The position numbers and the translations under genes are program-made. Shown in pieces: positions 52,710 to 64,000 of a stretch of DNA of 64,000 nt. Origin of the DNA: Balanoglossus misakiensis (taxonomy: Eukaryota; Animalia; Hemichordata). The stretch is taken from NCBI GenBank assembly GCA_040954595.2, contig CM082579.2, forward strand, positions 1,253,908-1,317,907, in the 5' to 3' direction. The stretch's first letter is position 1. Each line of letters opens with the position of its first letter. Below the pieces are notes generated by a model, which was not told the DNA's origin, did not search any database, and was given only the letters and a program-made list of their open reading frames with translations.

Positions 52710-55700
52710 AAAAGTCAAGTAGACGACATGTACGCCTCTCGATGCGATGAATTGTAGACTAAAAGCGAAGGAGAGCCCCCAATGACGTCACACGTAACGG
52801 GACCGTTCAGACAGAGATTTTTTTGAAGGGGTGAACATTTATTAGGATAACATTTATTCATCGACGAGAATAAAAAAAAAACGACACCAGAATTCAAATC
52901 ATGAATGCAATTTTAGTTTACGGTCAAACAATGAAAAAAACATTTCGATAGGTGTAATAAACTCTTTAACAATAAAGTCTCATCAATACCCAGCATCTGA
53001 ATGTAAAGGCAGATTTGTTTGGTTTTCCCTTGACATTCAATTCAAATACCACCTGATGAGCAACAAGAATATGTCATGTCCCAGGATCAGTGTCAATCCA
53101 CTCCTTCCTGTTTTTTCTGTAAACTTTGGGGCTTACTGGGATAAAGGGTACCACATACTTTCTGGTAGATTCTTTTAATACTGCAGTGATGTACATTGTA
53201 TACTGACACATGAACGATTACGAGTTTGAAACTCTTTGGGACGCAGGAATCTTAACCAGTTTGACACTTTGACACAGAGGATGATCCATACAAGAATCAA
53301 CAATAGGATTTAACTGTGGCTTTAGTACCTGCTGTTCACAACAATGTGTTTTTTGGGGCAACTTCTGCTTCACCTATTATGTCCCTGACACACACAGATT
53401 ATGAATCTGAATAGGACATCATAAATTACAGTAATAGGGCTACATGAACTTGGTTCATTGGAATTAAGGCAGTCCTGTGGTTAAAAAAAAACTTTAATCA
53501 CAGAACCATCCTTACACATTGGGTAGGTCAGAACTTGAGAAAATACTGAGAATATTTGTCACAAAGGAAAACATAGAAGTAATAAAAGCACACAAACAAC
53601 AAGTTAAGGCACCATGTATCCAACAACACTTTTCTCATTTGTGTTTGAGTTCCACCCCACCCCCAGCACTGGCCAGCAGGAGCTTCATCCAGTGTCTGTA
53701 GAAGTTTGCAACTTGGAGTTTTGTAAATTTTCCCTTGCCACACTCCCCGAGTGTGTTGTTGAGCAAGAAAGTTGAGGTTAAAAATACTAAAGTAACTTTA
53801 GTAAGGTCACAAAAACTGACAGAACTCGAGTAACGCTTCAGTGAGAGCAAATCAACGAGGTCAGCAACTCATTGAATTGATTTTATAAGACCCTTGAACA
53901 CGAAGTTGAATGTCCTCTAGGTGTTTTTAATACTTCAAAGACTCAATGGTTGTGACAACCACTGCATGTCTACATGTAATATACTAGCTGTTGCTTTATA
54001 CATTTGTTAGGTTGGAAAGGTTGATTATTTTGTTCTCATACTTGTAAATATCAACTGGCAGTTATGACTAGTGGGCGACATGCAAGGATCCTGGCTGGCT
54101 GGATGCATTTCCTCATACCATCTTGCTGACCAGCCAAGCCATTTCAGGTCAACAAAAATTGATTGTGAAATTGTTCATGAACAACTGAAACCACCCAAAG
54201 TACTAGCTTTGTTAAAAGTTGACTGGCCTGATGTATAACAACCTTGTTTATTTCTGGTCAACAGGACACCATATAACAGCACCATTGAATTCTTTTGATT
54301 TCTGTATTCAATGTTTAGAAAATGGAACATCGTCCCAACAACGTCCATTCCCAACCAAGCACTGTCATCCAAATGCAGGATGTTTCTATGTGTGATATGT
54401 ACACTTTTGTCAATATTGTTTATAACATAATTATATTAAAAAATAATTTCGCTCAATGCTTAAAGTTGACGGCTACCCTCTCCCATAGAAATGCCATGTT
54501 TTTGTCGGTGTCCAAAATAACTTTACTTATTAATGAGTCTAAACAATGTGATCGATCCCTATTAATTTACATGTCTGTTTCACTGTTTGTTGCACACACT
54601 TTCCTCGCAAATGTTATAATTGACGCGTCAAGTTTATGTGAATTTGTGCAACTTTAGACTGAGTTTGAAACATGGGAGAAAGGACTACATTCAGACACAG
54701 CTTTTCTGTGGTACGTCCGCGTCTGACTTAATGGGAGAGTGTGGTGATATGCATGGTTTTATAACTCTCCCATTCTCCTGTCAAACAATATGAACACACG
54801 ATTACGAGAAACAGACACGTGAACAAATTGACGTTCCATAAATGTCCTGGTAATCATCATTTGATTAGTACCCTGGCCAAAAATCAGACACATAGCGGAA
54901 GTCCGTTATATGTAAAACCCGCGTTCCTTTTCCAAGCCTGTCGTTAGGTTTTTGACACCTGTTTTGTAAAGAAACAGCTCGCCGACAAGACGTCTCTCGT
55001 CACCCAGTAATAAAAAAAAACAAAATTTTCTGGCCGACATAGACATGTGATAGCAAACAAATTCTTACCCTTCAATAAGTCTTCAACTTGAGATTATTCA
55101 ACAATACCAAGTTCACAGACACCCTTACAAGTTCAGCAGTTCTGTTGTAAATATTACAGCGGTGACACCGCCTGCTTGTATGACTAGCGTACGACGTATG
55201 TGCGTACACTTTTGAGGTGAGCCGAAAATCAATACTTCATGCAAATAAATTGTAAATAAACATGGCGGCCACCACCTGTCACGTGATTCAGGTACATACC
55301 ATTTCAGGTAAAGGGGTTTTACCGGAAGATCAACAGGTGTGAGGAATGAGGAAGTTACTGACCATCTCAGCTGACCATTAATCTACGTTTCTACGTGTGT
55401 TTTAGGTCCGTTTTTGCCCAGGGTACCTGACAGGTATTTAAACCTGTATACGTTAAGTTAAGCTTTCGAGGAAATAATCTCGCGGAAAATTGAATGGTGG
55501 GGTGGGGGCGGGGTTGGTCACAGTCTTGGCTACACCTGAATATAAGGGGGTTACTCTAAATCTACAGAAATCACGGTTGCTAGTAGCAACCGTACTCTAA
55601 TAAATCAACGAAACGAGTATCAAATAACATTGAAATATCGGATATAGAGAGAGAATCTCGGATTTTTTTTCTTCAAGTTCAAACACATAGATGCGACAAA

Positions 55701-55836
55701 CGGGCAACTTTGGCCAATTTCGACAAATTGTCCCCCATGGACCATCCTTCCAGGCTAACTTGGAAGTTTGCAGTCCAAATGAAGAAATGGAATGTGATGT
55801 CATTTTTTATTACATGTATTTCAGAAACTCAAAACA

Positions 55837-58685
55837 ATGGCAACCCTCGCATTCCAAATAAAAACGCAGTGGGATTCAATTCAAGTGGATCACCAACCCA
55901 TCGTTATCAGATTGTCTGGTAACCATGACGACAACTTCGTCAGTATGGAAGTGGATTCTCCATTTTTCAATGATCCTGCTGCACCGAGAGGAAATCCAGG
56001 GAAGCCATTTCCACATCTGTGGGATTATGAAGGCATGTAGACACAAACTAACTTACAGTATATGGTGTTTAATTTGTCCCTTAGAAACTGTTTGGCCAAT
56101 AGCTTTTCGAATTTTCTCACTTATATAAACTGTTTCTCTAGGAGCTCTGAAATTTAGTTACCAGGTCCTCCTGAGTCCCTCCTCTGTTTTGTATGGATAT
56201 GTCAGGTGTTTGAGGTTTATAAAAAGTCATATATGGTCTTATAAGTAGTCAGATGTTTAGCATCATTCTATGTGAATAGAAGAAACAAATAACATAATAA
56301 CCCTTTTCTCATCTAACAGTTGTGGAAGCCTTCTTCCTTGGACAAGATGACAAATACTTAGAAGTTGAACTTTGCCCGTAAGTTTATGCACATTTTGCGT
56401 ATCAAATGTCTTCTTGTAGCATTGTTCACAAACATTGTAATGGATTGTGGGCATACACATTTTTCGGGCGTTTCTGGGACCGCTTTATTTTCTGACCCTT
56501 TTTTTCGATGTTTTTTTTCTCGATAACTGTTACCAAAAGCTATGTATGTTAACTCCAATATATAAGGTGTTAGGCAACTATATCGAATATGAACGTTCCC
56601 TGACCGTCTTTCTTGAAGGACTGTGGTATCATAAATTTCACTCAATGGCTGATTTGCATAAGAGCCCATGATGCAATTTTTCTTCAGACAACACCTCACA
56701 CTTCGTTTTTTTCCCTCTCTCTGTTTTTTTATTCCCTTTTAAAAGGCATGGTCAACATTTGGTGTTGGCATTGAATGGGTTTAGAAATATATACAAGGTG
56801 AGAAGCAAATTTAATCCTATCTTGTCTATGATTTATTACAGTAAGATTTAGCATACTTTTACTGACAAAAGGGATATTTTGTGTTGCTACTTTTGCTACC
56901 AAGAATCCATGTCTTATATTAACATGTAAGTGAAATAGTGTTTCAAAGTATTGGCATAAATAAAAAGTAGATCAGGGCATAGATACTCAAGAAGAAAAAC
57001 TTGAGTATCTATAATCAGGGTCGCCACTTTATTGATTGAAAGCAAGGACAATGGAACACTTTGTAATAGTTTATGTGGTTATTTATGGCAAACCAATTTC
57101 AATGGAAATTTAAATTTAAAATGTCAAAGGTCATGAGGCTGGTCAAAAGTCACAGAGATAGAGTGACAGCTTATTTGACATAAAACAATAACTTTTGAAG
57201 TATGTATGTAAATTAGTCATTCTTTTGTGAAACAAGTGATTGCTGGGTGTATGAAAACAAACCAGTGCAAACAATGACTGTAAAAACAGAGCAATTTATG
57301 GTGTTTTTGTTTGTTTTGGAACTGAAGTTATGAACCCAGATAAGAGACTTCCAAAAGTTATACGCCCTAGCTGTTTAAAACTTTCACATATTCCAGGAAG
57401 AACTGCCATTAGAGTTCCAGGCTGTCATATCTGATGACACATGGCATGGCATTGCCAAAATCCCGATGGAATATTTCCCTCCCAACATGAGGAAATTCAA
57501 TGCCTTTGCTATACATGGTTCTGCTGACAGAAGGATCTATGAAGCACTCTACCCAACACCACATGGAAAATATTCAGAACCTGATTTGTAAGTTCTATCT
57601 ACTGTCAACTTTTCAACTGTCTTAAGAAGTATGTAATAAAGGTCTTTCTCTGTAATGCCCATTCTGGTTTAAAGATCAGGCATTATTTTTGAGGTAGAAT
57701 GCACTAAACATGTAGTATAGGGCTTCACTGTGAAACAAAGCCTGGCAGATGCATAGCCACATGAGCCTGGACAGACACGTGCCATGCCATGTGACACACC
57801 CTGAACACAGAAGTTTGTCCTAACTGGTTTCCCATGCTGAGTGTTACCAGAGATCAATATATACAACCCAGTCAGTCCAACTAGTCAATGGATGTTATGT
57901 AATCCAGCGAGGAGGGGAACTCTCTCCACAATAAATAGTCGTACAACAATTAATATGCAGATACAGCCAATTTAAAGTTGTTCACAGCTAAAGTGGGCAC
58001 CTTGATGCCTTTGGAAGGTGAAACTGCATGAAAGTTATAAGGAGCAACTTGGTTGAGTTTGAATAGATTTATTTAGCATATTGTAGCATTTTATCTGTGA
58101 GAACCAGTGAAGTCTCTCATCATCACCGAAGGCTTGATAAACAGAAAGCCCTCAGTTCTAAGTAAAGTGTTAAATAGCTGGAGGGAGAAGGGGAGGGGCA
58201 TTCATTGATGTGGCATAATTGTCCTTGACTGCATTGTTTTCTGCAGGATGTTGAACTAAGTCTTCAAACTACAAACCATGGCCAGTGGAGTCTTTGTGTC
58301 TGTTTGCTGTAAACATGTTTTAAAAAAAGTTCAACCTGAACACACACGACAAACCATATCAGACACACAAACACACAGATATTACCAGGATCGTTATTTG
58401 GGAGCAATGAGCTTTGGGTCTTTCCATTTTTTATTGACAATGTCAAATTGGGTCTCATGCAAATACAGTGAGCTTGCTTTATTTCACTATATGAAAACAG
58501 TAATTTGCATTTCAAGAAAGGTATAATTTTGTGTGACAATAGACAAACGTAGATTAAATTCATACATTTTTTATCATTAATATTGTCTTTTTTTTAATTA
58601 CAGCCACAGACTTGAATATTTTCAAGAAGTCGATTTCGGAGACATGATACACACAGCACAATCAGACCTGTGGACTTCAACTTAA
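55837..58685 (+). CDS. C4orf33: UPF0462 protein C4orf33 homolog
   Basis: Exons 55837-56032 (FQIKTQWD...SPFFNDP...LWDYE), 56320-56377 (VVEAFFL...YLEVELCP), 56746-56797 (HGQHLVL), 57397-57587 (YFPP...KFNAFAIHGS...YEALYP...PDF) and 58604-58685 (HRLEYF...SDLW). The first coding intron is GC-AG. A possible in-frame upstream exon lies at 55262-55291 (MAATTCHVIQ). Confidence 0.93.
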
Positions 58686-58896
58686 TAATCACCATCGCTG
58701 CCACTTTTAAGCTTGTCAAGTTTAAGAATATGCTCATTTCATTTGTTTCACAGCGGTATTAAATGTTACCAGCGGGATTAATAAAGATAATACGTCCATT
58801 ACAGAGTTGAAAATATGGCAGTGTAGCTAAAGTATATATACATTATATTTTATATAATTATATGCATCATGACAACATGATTATTTCTGATTCACA

Positions 58897-61800
58897 CTAG
58901 TTTTCACTTGTTTCATCGACCTCCATAAGAGCATCAAACTCTCCTTGTAATGTTTTATTGGGTTTGTAGATGAATCCATCCATTTCCTCTAGAGGGAGCT
59001 CTGTCAAGGAACTGACGCAGACATCACGGGTAGGAGGGGCTTGGGATTTTGTTGCGCTTAAATGTTCCAGTCGCACTGATCGTCGTACGGGTGTCACGAT
59101 GGAGATTGGAGTGACAGAGGATTTCTCACCGAAGACTTTGTGGATCCTGTAGAAGAAATTGAATTCAATCAAGTCATTCAAATGAAGTTCATTTGTAAGA
59201 TGTTGGCGAGATACAAGTTATATCAATAAAACATCCATTCATTCAAACCTGCTATTTTCTTAACACATTTCTGCTTGTTAACAGATTCCCTTTTTATTCC
59301 ATTAACTCTGAACAATCTTCGGCTTTCATAACTCCCACTACACCATCAACTGGCAGATTCCTCACCTGTTAAACAATGGCGTTCTGCTGACACAGTATCT
59401 GACATTGCATGATGACGGGGTCTGTGTTTCTATTCTGCCTATATCTGATTCTTCACATCTGACAGCTGACGATGACTCTGTTGTTGCCATGACATCAGGT
59501 TGTGCACTAATCGATGATGGATCAGCTACTTCTGGTTGGTTTTCTTTTTCTACCTGCCAATTTATGGGTGCACCAACAAAGTCCATCAAAGCTGTCCTGA
59601 TTTCTTCAATAGGCTGACAAAAAATTAAAAGAAGTGATTGAAATATCACTAAAAACAACAGACAAGACTAAAATATCAGGGGATTTAAAAAAAACCATCG
59701 CCCTCACCAAACCCAAACAAAAGCTCAAAGATTTGCAAAATCCACCCATAGAGGGTGCTCTGGCTGACCTCTGCACCATGTTGCACAGCTAGTTCGTAAC
59801 ACTCTATGATGTCTTCTTGGTTGTTGCTCTCCATTGCGGCTATTTTGGCTTTGCATATCCAGTACTTGGCACACTGTAGAGCGTGGGGATTTTTGCCGCA
59901 TATATTAGACAACCACTGCTTCATGGTGTCAATATGGCAGTCCTGTGAGAAACAAACAGACTGATAAGTGATACAATTTCAATAAAGAAAGTCCTGCAAC
60001 TATTGCATAGATAGCCAGTTACTTTGAATACATGCTATTATCATTGATTGTCAATAAGAACAACATATGTAATTTTGATTGATTCTATACAGAAGTCAAA
60101 CACAACACTTAGCACCTCAACACTGTTTACAAACATTTACGATGAATGCAACAAGCAAGAAATGTACATACATTGTCCAGAAGCGTCAGGCAATCACCAA
60201 GCATATCTTCCAGTACCATTGTGACTTTACTTTTACCAGGATTAGCATCATACATGTCGATGTCCTCTGCTTCTTTGCTGTACACCACAGTTGTGCTCTC
60301 TCTTGTTTCCATGGGGTCATTGTATATAGCCGGCATACTACGTCGGGATTTCGCCTTCTTCTGCACTGAATTATCAGGTTTCTTGCTGACAGGCACCACT
60401 GAACTCAACTTAGAGGGCGTTTTCCCCTTGGCTGCCAACCAGAGTTCCAATCTCTGTCTGTAAAAAGAAACGACAGAACTTAAGATCAGTTTTGTCAGTT
60501 TAATGAACAGAGGAAAGTGATATGCAAAAACTTCATAGGTGTTCAAGAGTGTATACCACTGCAATTTGCCAGCTATGCTCAAATCATTGTAGTAGTGGGT
60601 TAGCCCATTGTTAGGTAATAAGAAATGGGATCTTTGATCTGTATTATATACCTCATACTGAGTTCCTTATTGCTGTAATCCATTGAACTGCCTGAACTGA
60701 AATCAGTGCTGGTGGCTGGACGGGCTGCCTGACTCAATCTCTGCGAACGAGGGCTCCTCCTCACAGGACTTGTGTTGAATCGCACTGCATGCTTTCTGGG
60801 GCGCTTGGCCTTGTGAGCATTGGCCCAGACACTGCCAATACTCGCAGTGCTAGTTGTTGATTCTTGATTTGACACCAATGCCTCACTTGTACTGTGGACT
60901 GGCACATCCTCCTGCAGGGTAGTAGCTAACTGTGTAACGTTGCCCTTCTCCATCCAGCCAACTCCCTCCTCACAATTACTGTTGACATCAACTAAACCCT
61001 TGGAGGCTTCAGAGCGACCATGACTTTGGAACAGCGATTTCTTTGGCTTTGGTGTCATCTTGTCTATCTTGGCATGTGTCACAGATTCTTTTGATGCACT
61101 GCTGGTGGTCTTTAATGCAGAGCCTGGTGCCACTTTGCAAGGAGTAGCCAAACCACCACCTTTCCAAGGAGGCCTTTTGGTTTTCTTTGAAGAGTCTTTT
61201 TCTTTTTGTTTGTCTAACCTCCAGCTTTCCAATTTTTTCCTGAGTGGCATGTAAGAAAAATACATACTATTTTAGCAGACATTTTACTCAAATCTATAGT
61301 TTGCCTTGACATTTCCACCAGATATTCATATTAGATGTTCTCTCGAAATCTATAAGCAACAATAAATGATATTCACCTCATATACTCGCTATCACTTTCT
61401 TGTGTATATTTCTGTGTATCTTTCTTACATCTGATTGGCAATGGTTTATTAGATACCATCTGCAACACTCTTTGTTGTGATTTACCAGGCTGTGGGGTAG
61501 AGCGTTCATGTTGTGTTTTCTTTACTGGATGACTCCTGAAAAGCAGACATCATAAATGTAGATGTACATTTTTGAGGTTAAAGTTCTGATGACAAGAAGT
61601 TGTATGGAGACATATTTCAATAAAATCATCTAATTCATTTTTACAGCAAGTGAGATCCTACCTGGTTGGAGGGAGCTCATCTTTCTTCTTCTTCTTCTCT
61701 GCCAAATATTGCTCTAATTTCTCTCGCAATATATCTACATTGACACAGACCAAGAAGTACATTGTAGTTATTTTAGACAGAAATCAAGGCAAAACATCGA

Positions 61801-62007
61801 GCTATGTTGTGTGTCCGCCATTACATTTGTAAATTTGGCGAACGTTGTTCTTTCCATTGTATTGAAATTACCTTCTTTGCTTCTGTGTCTACCAGTGTTT
61901 TGCTCTTGCTGTTGCATCGTTACGTTACTTGAAGAACTTCTTCGAATGAGCCGATCATCCACAGAGCCTGTGGTCTTGATCGGCGACCCACTGCTCGCAC
62001 TCGCCAT
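58897..62007 (-). CDS. Cytoskeleton-associated protein 2-like (CKAP2/CKAP2L family)
   Basis: Exons 62007-61872, 61734-61662, 61535-61377, 61239-60652, 60457-60172, 59942-59769, 59613-59366 and 59146-58897. CKAP2_C-type motifs RLELWLAAKGKTP, AKYWIC, YELAVQHGAEPIEEIR, TPVRRSVR and YKPNKTL. Confidence 0.82.
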
Positions 62008-62462
62008 TTTGATTTTCGCAGAAATGTGGCGTTGTCCAATCAACGAAGTCGTTATCACAGACTAGCCAAGCACAAGCCATTTGTTCTTTACAATGTGATT
62101 GGCTAATCTTGATCAGGAAATGGACAATACGAAATGGGGCACACAAGCGGGACAACGAGTAAACACGGTGAAATTTAACAACTTTAAGAACACACAACTC
62201 ATTCTTTTTTAAAATAAAAATATGCTTATGATATTTTTGTATATCGTAAGACTACATTTTGCTCCAAAAGGTGACTTATTAGACGGCGAGTGTAACTGCC
62301 CTACACCTATCAGAATATGGACTATTCCACGTTCGCAAGTACAATATACTTTTGTTTTCAGCTTGCTGAAATATACACGCAAAACACGGAAATCAAGGCC
62401 ATTCAGTACGTGATTAAAGATAAAAGCACCTACAAACCCACTTGTTGCTCACTGCCAGAAAT
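62008..62462. promoter_or_regulatory. Short bidirectional promoter between CKAP2-like and HHIPL
   Basis: About 455 bp between the divergent ATGs, with CCAAT at ~62036 and ATTGG at ~62098. Confidence 0.55.
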
Positions 62463-63789
62463 ATGATTTCGGGTAGTTTTCTTTTAGCGTCTAGTCTTCT
62501 TTTCAACGTAGTTGTCGTTTCCTGGACAATCCAGCCCAAGTGTATCGACAACCGTTCCCCGTTTACTCCGATCGGAGGTCTAAATTTTTGTCGCACCTTC
62601 TCGAATTTCGGCTGCTGCGACGTGGAGCAAGACCGTCACATCAAAGACTTTGTTGAAAGTGAGTGGGAAAAGTTAGAGAGCGAAAACAGATTGTCTGCTT
62701 ACTGTTACGGCCAGTTCAAAAACCTGACCTGCTTGCAGTGTTCTCCATTCAGTTTTGATATTTATTTCGCTGGTGAAACAGATGGAGAAAATATTTTCCG
62801 GTCCACTGCCAGTCTTTGCAACGAGTTCTGCCGTGAGTATGTCAATGCTTGCCCGGAAGTTGCAGATCGTCTGCTAGATGTGCCACGTTCGTCCTCAGAT
62901 GTGGCCACAAGATGTGCCGCGCAAACCATAGAAAGCGAAGAAAAATGTTACCCCAAAAGCGGCAAAATAGAAACAGATTCTCCGCTTGGAGAGCTAGACT
63001 GCATCTGCACGAAGAAAATTGCCGGAGGTTTACGCAATCCTCTGGTACTGACCCATTCGAATGATGGAACTGGTCGCCTCTTCGTTGCTGAACACATTGG
63101 GGTGATAAAAATAATCACGATGGGAGAAGATGATAGTGAAGATTCCCTGGTGGAAGAACCTTTCTTAGACATACAAGACAAAGTTTTCACCACTGACACA
63201 CCAGGCGATGAGAGAGGACTGCTTGGTTTGGTCTTTGATCCGGGTTATCATGGTAACGGATACTTCTATGTATACTACAGTGCTGTTGCAAGAGATGAAA
63301 ACTCGGACCATATAAGTGTGGTGTCAAGATTTTCGGTTTCAAACCAAGAAAATAAGGTAAAAGTTTGACTGTAGTCATTATTCCGAAAGACAGTCACACT
63401 ACCCATCAATTACCCCATATAGTTTTAATTGGCCATTAGGCCTATACAGTGTTGCAGAAGCACCGGTAAATATTGTTACACTGTACTTAAATTGTATCAT
63501 AAATGCGCATGTTAGCAGTAAAAACGCTGCGGTAGGTCTGGGGAAAACGCTCGCATAAATTGTGAAAGATATACAGCGTACTTCCCCTTGCTTTATTAAT
63601 TTTAATTTATCTTCTCCTTGCTATTTAGGCAGACCCTGGTTCCGAGAAAATAATTCTGGAGATAAACCAACCAGGAGCAGGTCAGAATGGTGGCCAGCTG
63701 GTGTTTGGTACTGATGAAAGTGGTCATCATGAATATCTCTACGTAACAGTGGGTTATGGTGGAGCTGATGAAGAAACTGCTGTGGATAA
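62463..63789 (+). CDS. HHIP-like protein (HHIPL1/2 family), 5' part; gene continues beyond the window
   Basis: Signal peptide, folate-receptor-like Cys domain (QPKCIDNRSPF...GCCD...CLQCSP...LCNEFC) and GSDH beta-propeller (GLRNP...NDGTGRLFVAEH.G...PFLDI...DERGLLGL.F.P...NG.FYVYYS). Exon 1 is 62463-63356 and exon 2 is 63629-63789. Confidence 0.9.
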
Positions 63790-64000
63790 GTATGAACATT
63801 CACGTTTCATCTGCTATTCTGAATCTACAAAGTACATGTACAACCATATGTGTAGCTATTGTTATACACGCACAAACATGAATTCCATATTGGCATCAAC
63901 TTGCCTACAATTAACCTGGACGTGTCTTTGATTAAAAGCATTGGGACCTTGACAAAGTATGAATAAAAACATCACAATATACATGAATTCAATTTATCAC

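Larger units (their letters stand above)
51675..52965. mobile_element. Internally deleted Kolobok DNA transposon (1291 bp)
   Basis: TTAA target-site duplication (51671-51674, 52966-52969); AG...CT termini with TIR AGnnnTTATTACACCTAT. Sub-terminal inverted TGACGTCATTGGGG boxes at ~51870 and ~52790. Contains convergent THAP and KolX gene remnants. Confidence 0.85.

Overview
AT-rich, intron-containing animal (probably marine invertebrate) genomic DNA. The main discovery, mostly missed by the ORF track, lies in 1.6-19 kb. It is a tandem array of seven paralogous four-exon genes (A-G; six intact, one lesioned) for small secreted precursors of 82-85 aa. Each precursor has a signal peptide, a conserved acidic pro-region (FG(D/N)F(R/K)DxPVxIxIxMxP...FQxxFVxxL) and a Gly-rich linker, followed by a hypervariable 6-8-Cys core that usually contains GYG-x-C-PAG-C. 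I do not recognise the family. All seven copies carry TGTCACGCA just upstream of a TATA-like box. Two copies differ only at non-synonymous sites, and the array shows gene conversion and transposon insertions (solo LTR, L2 LINE). The rest of the window holds conserved genes: GRXCR1-like (+), CRACD/KIAA1211-like with a C-terminal LIM domain (-), C4orf33/UPF0462 (+), CKAP2-like (-) and the 5' end of an HHIPL gene (+). A PIF/Harbinger-type MITE and an internally deleted Kolobok transposon with THAP and KolX remnants are also present. All exon models were read by eye and have no transcript evidence.
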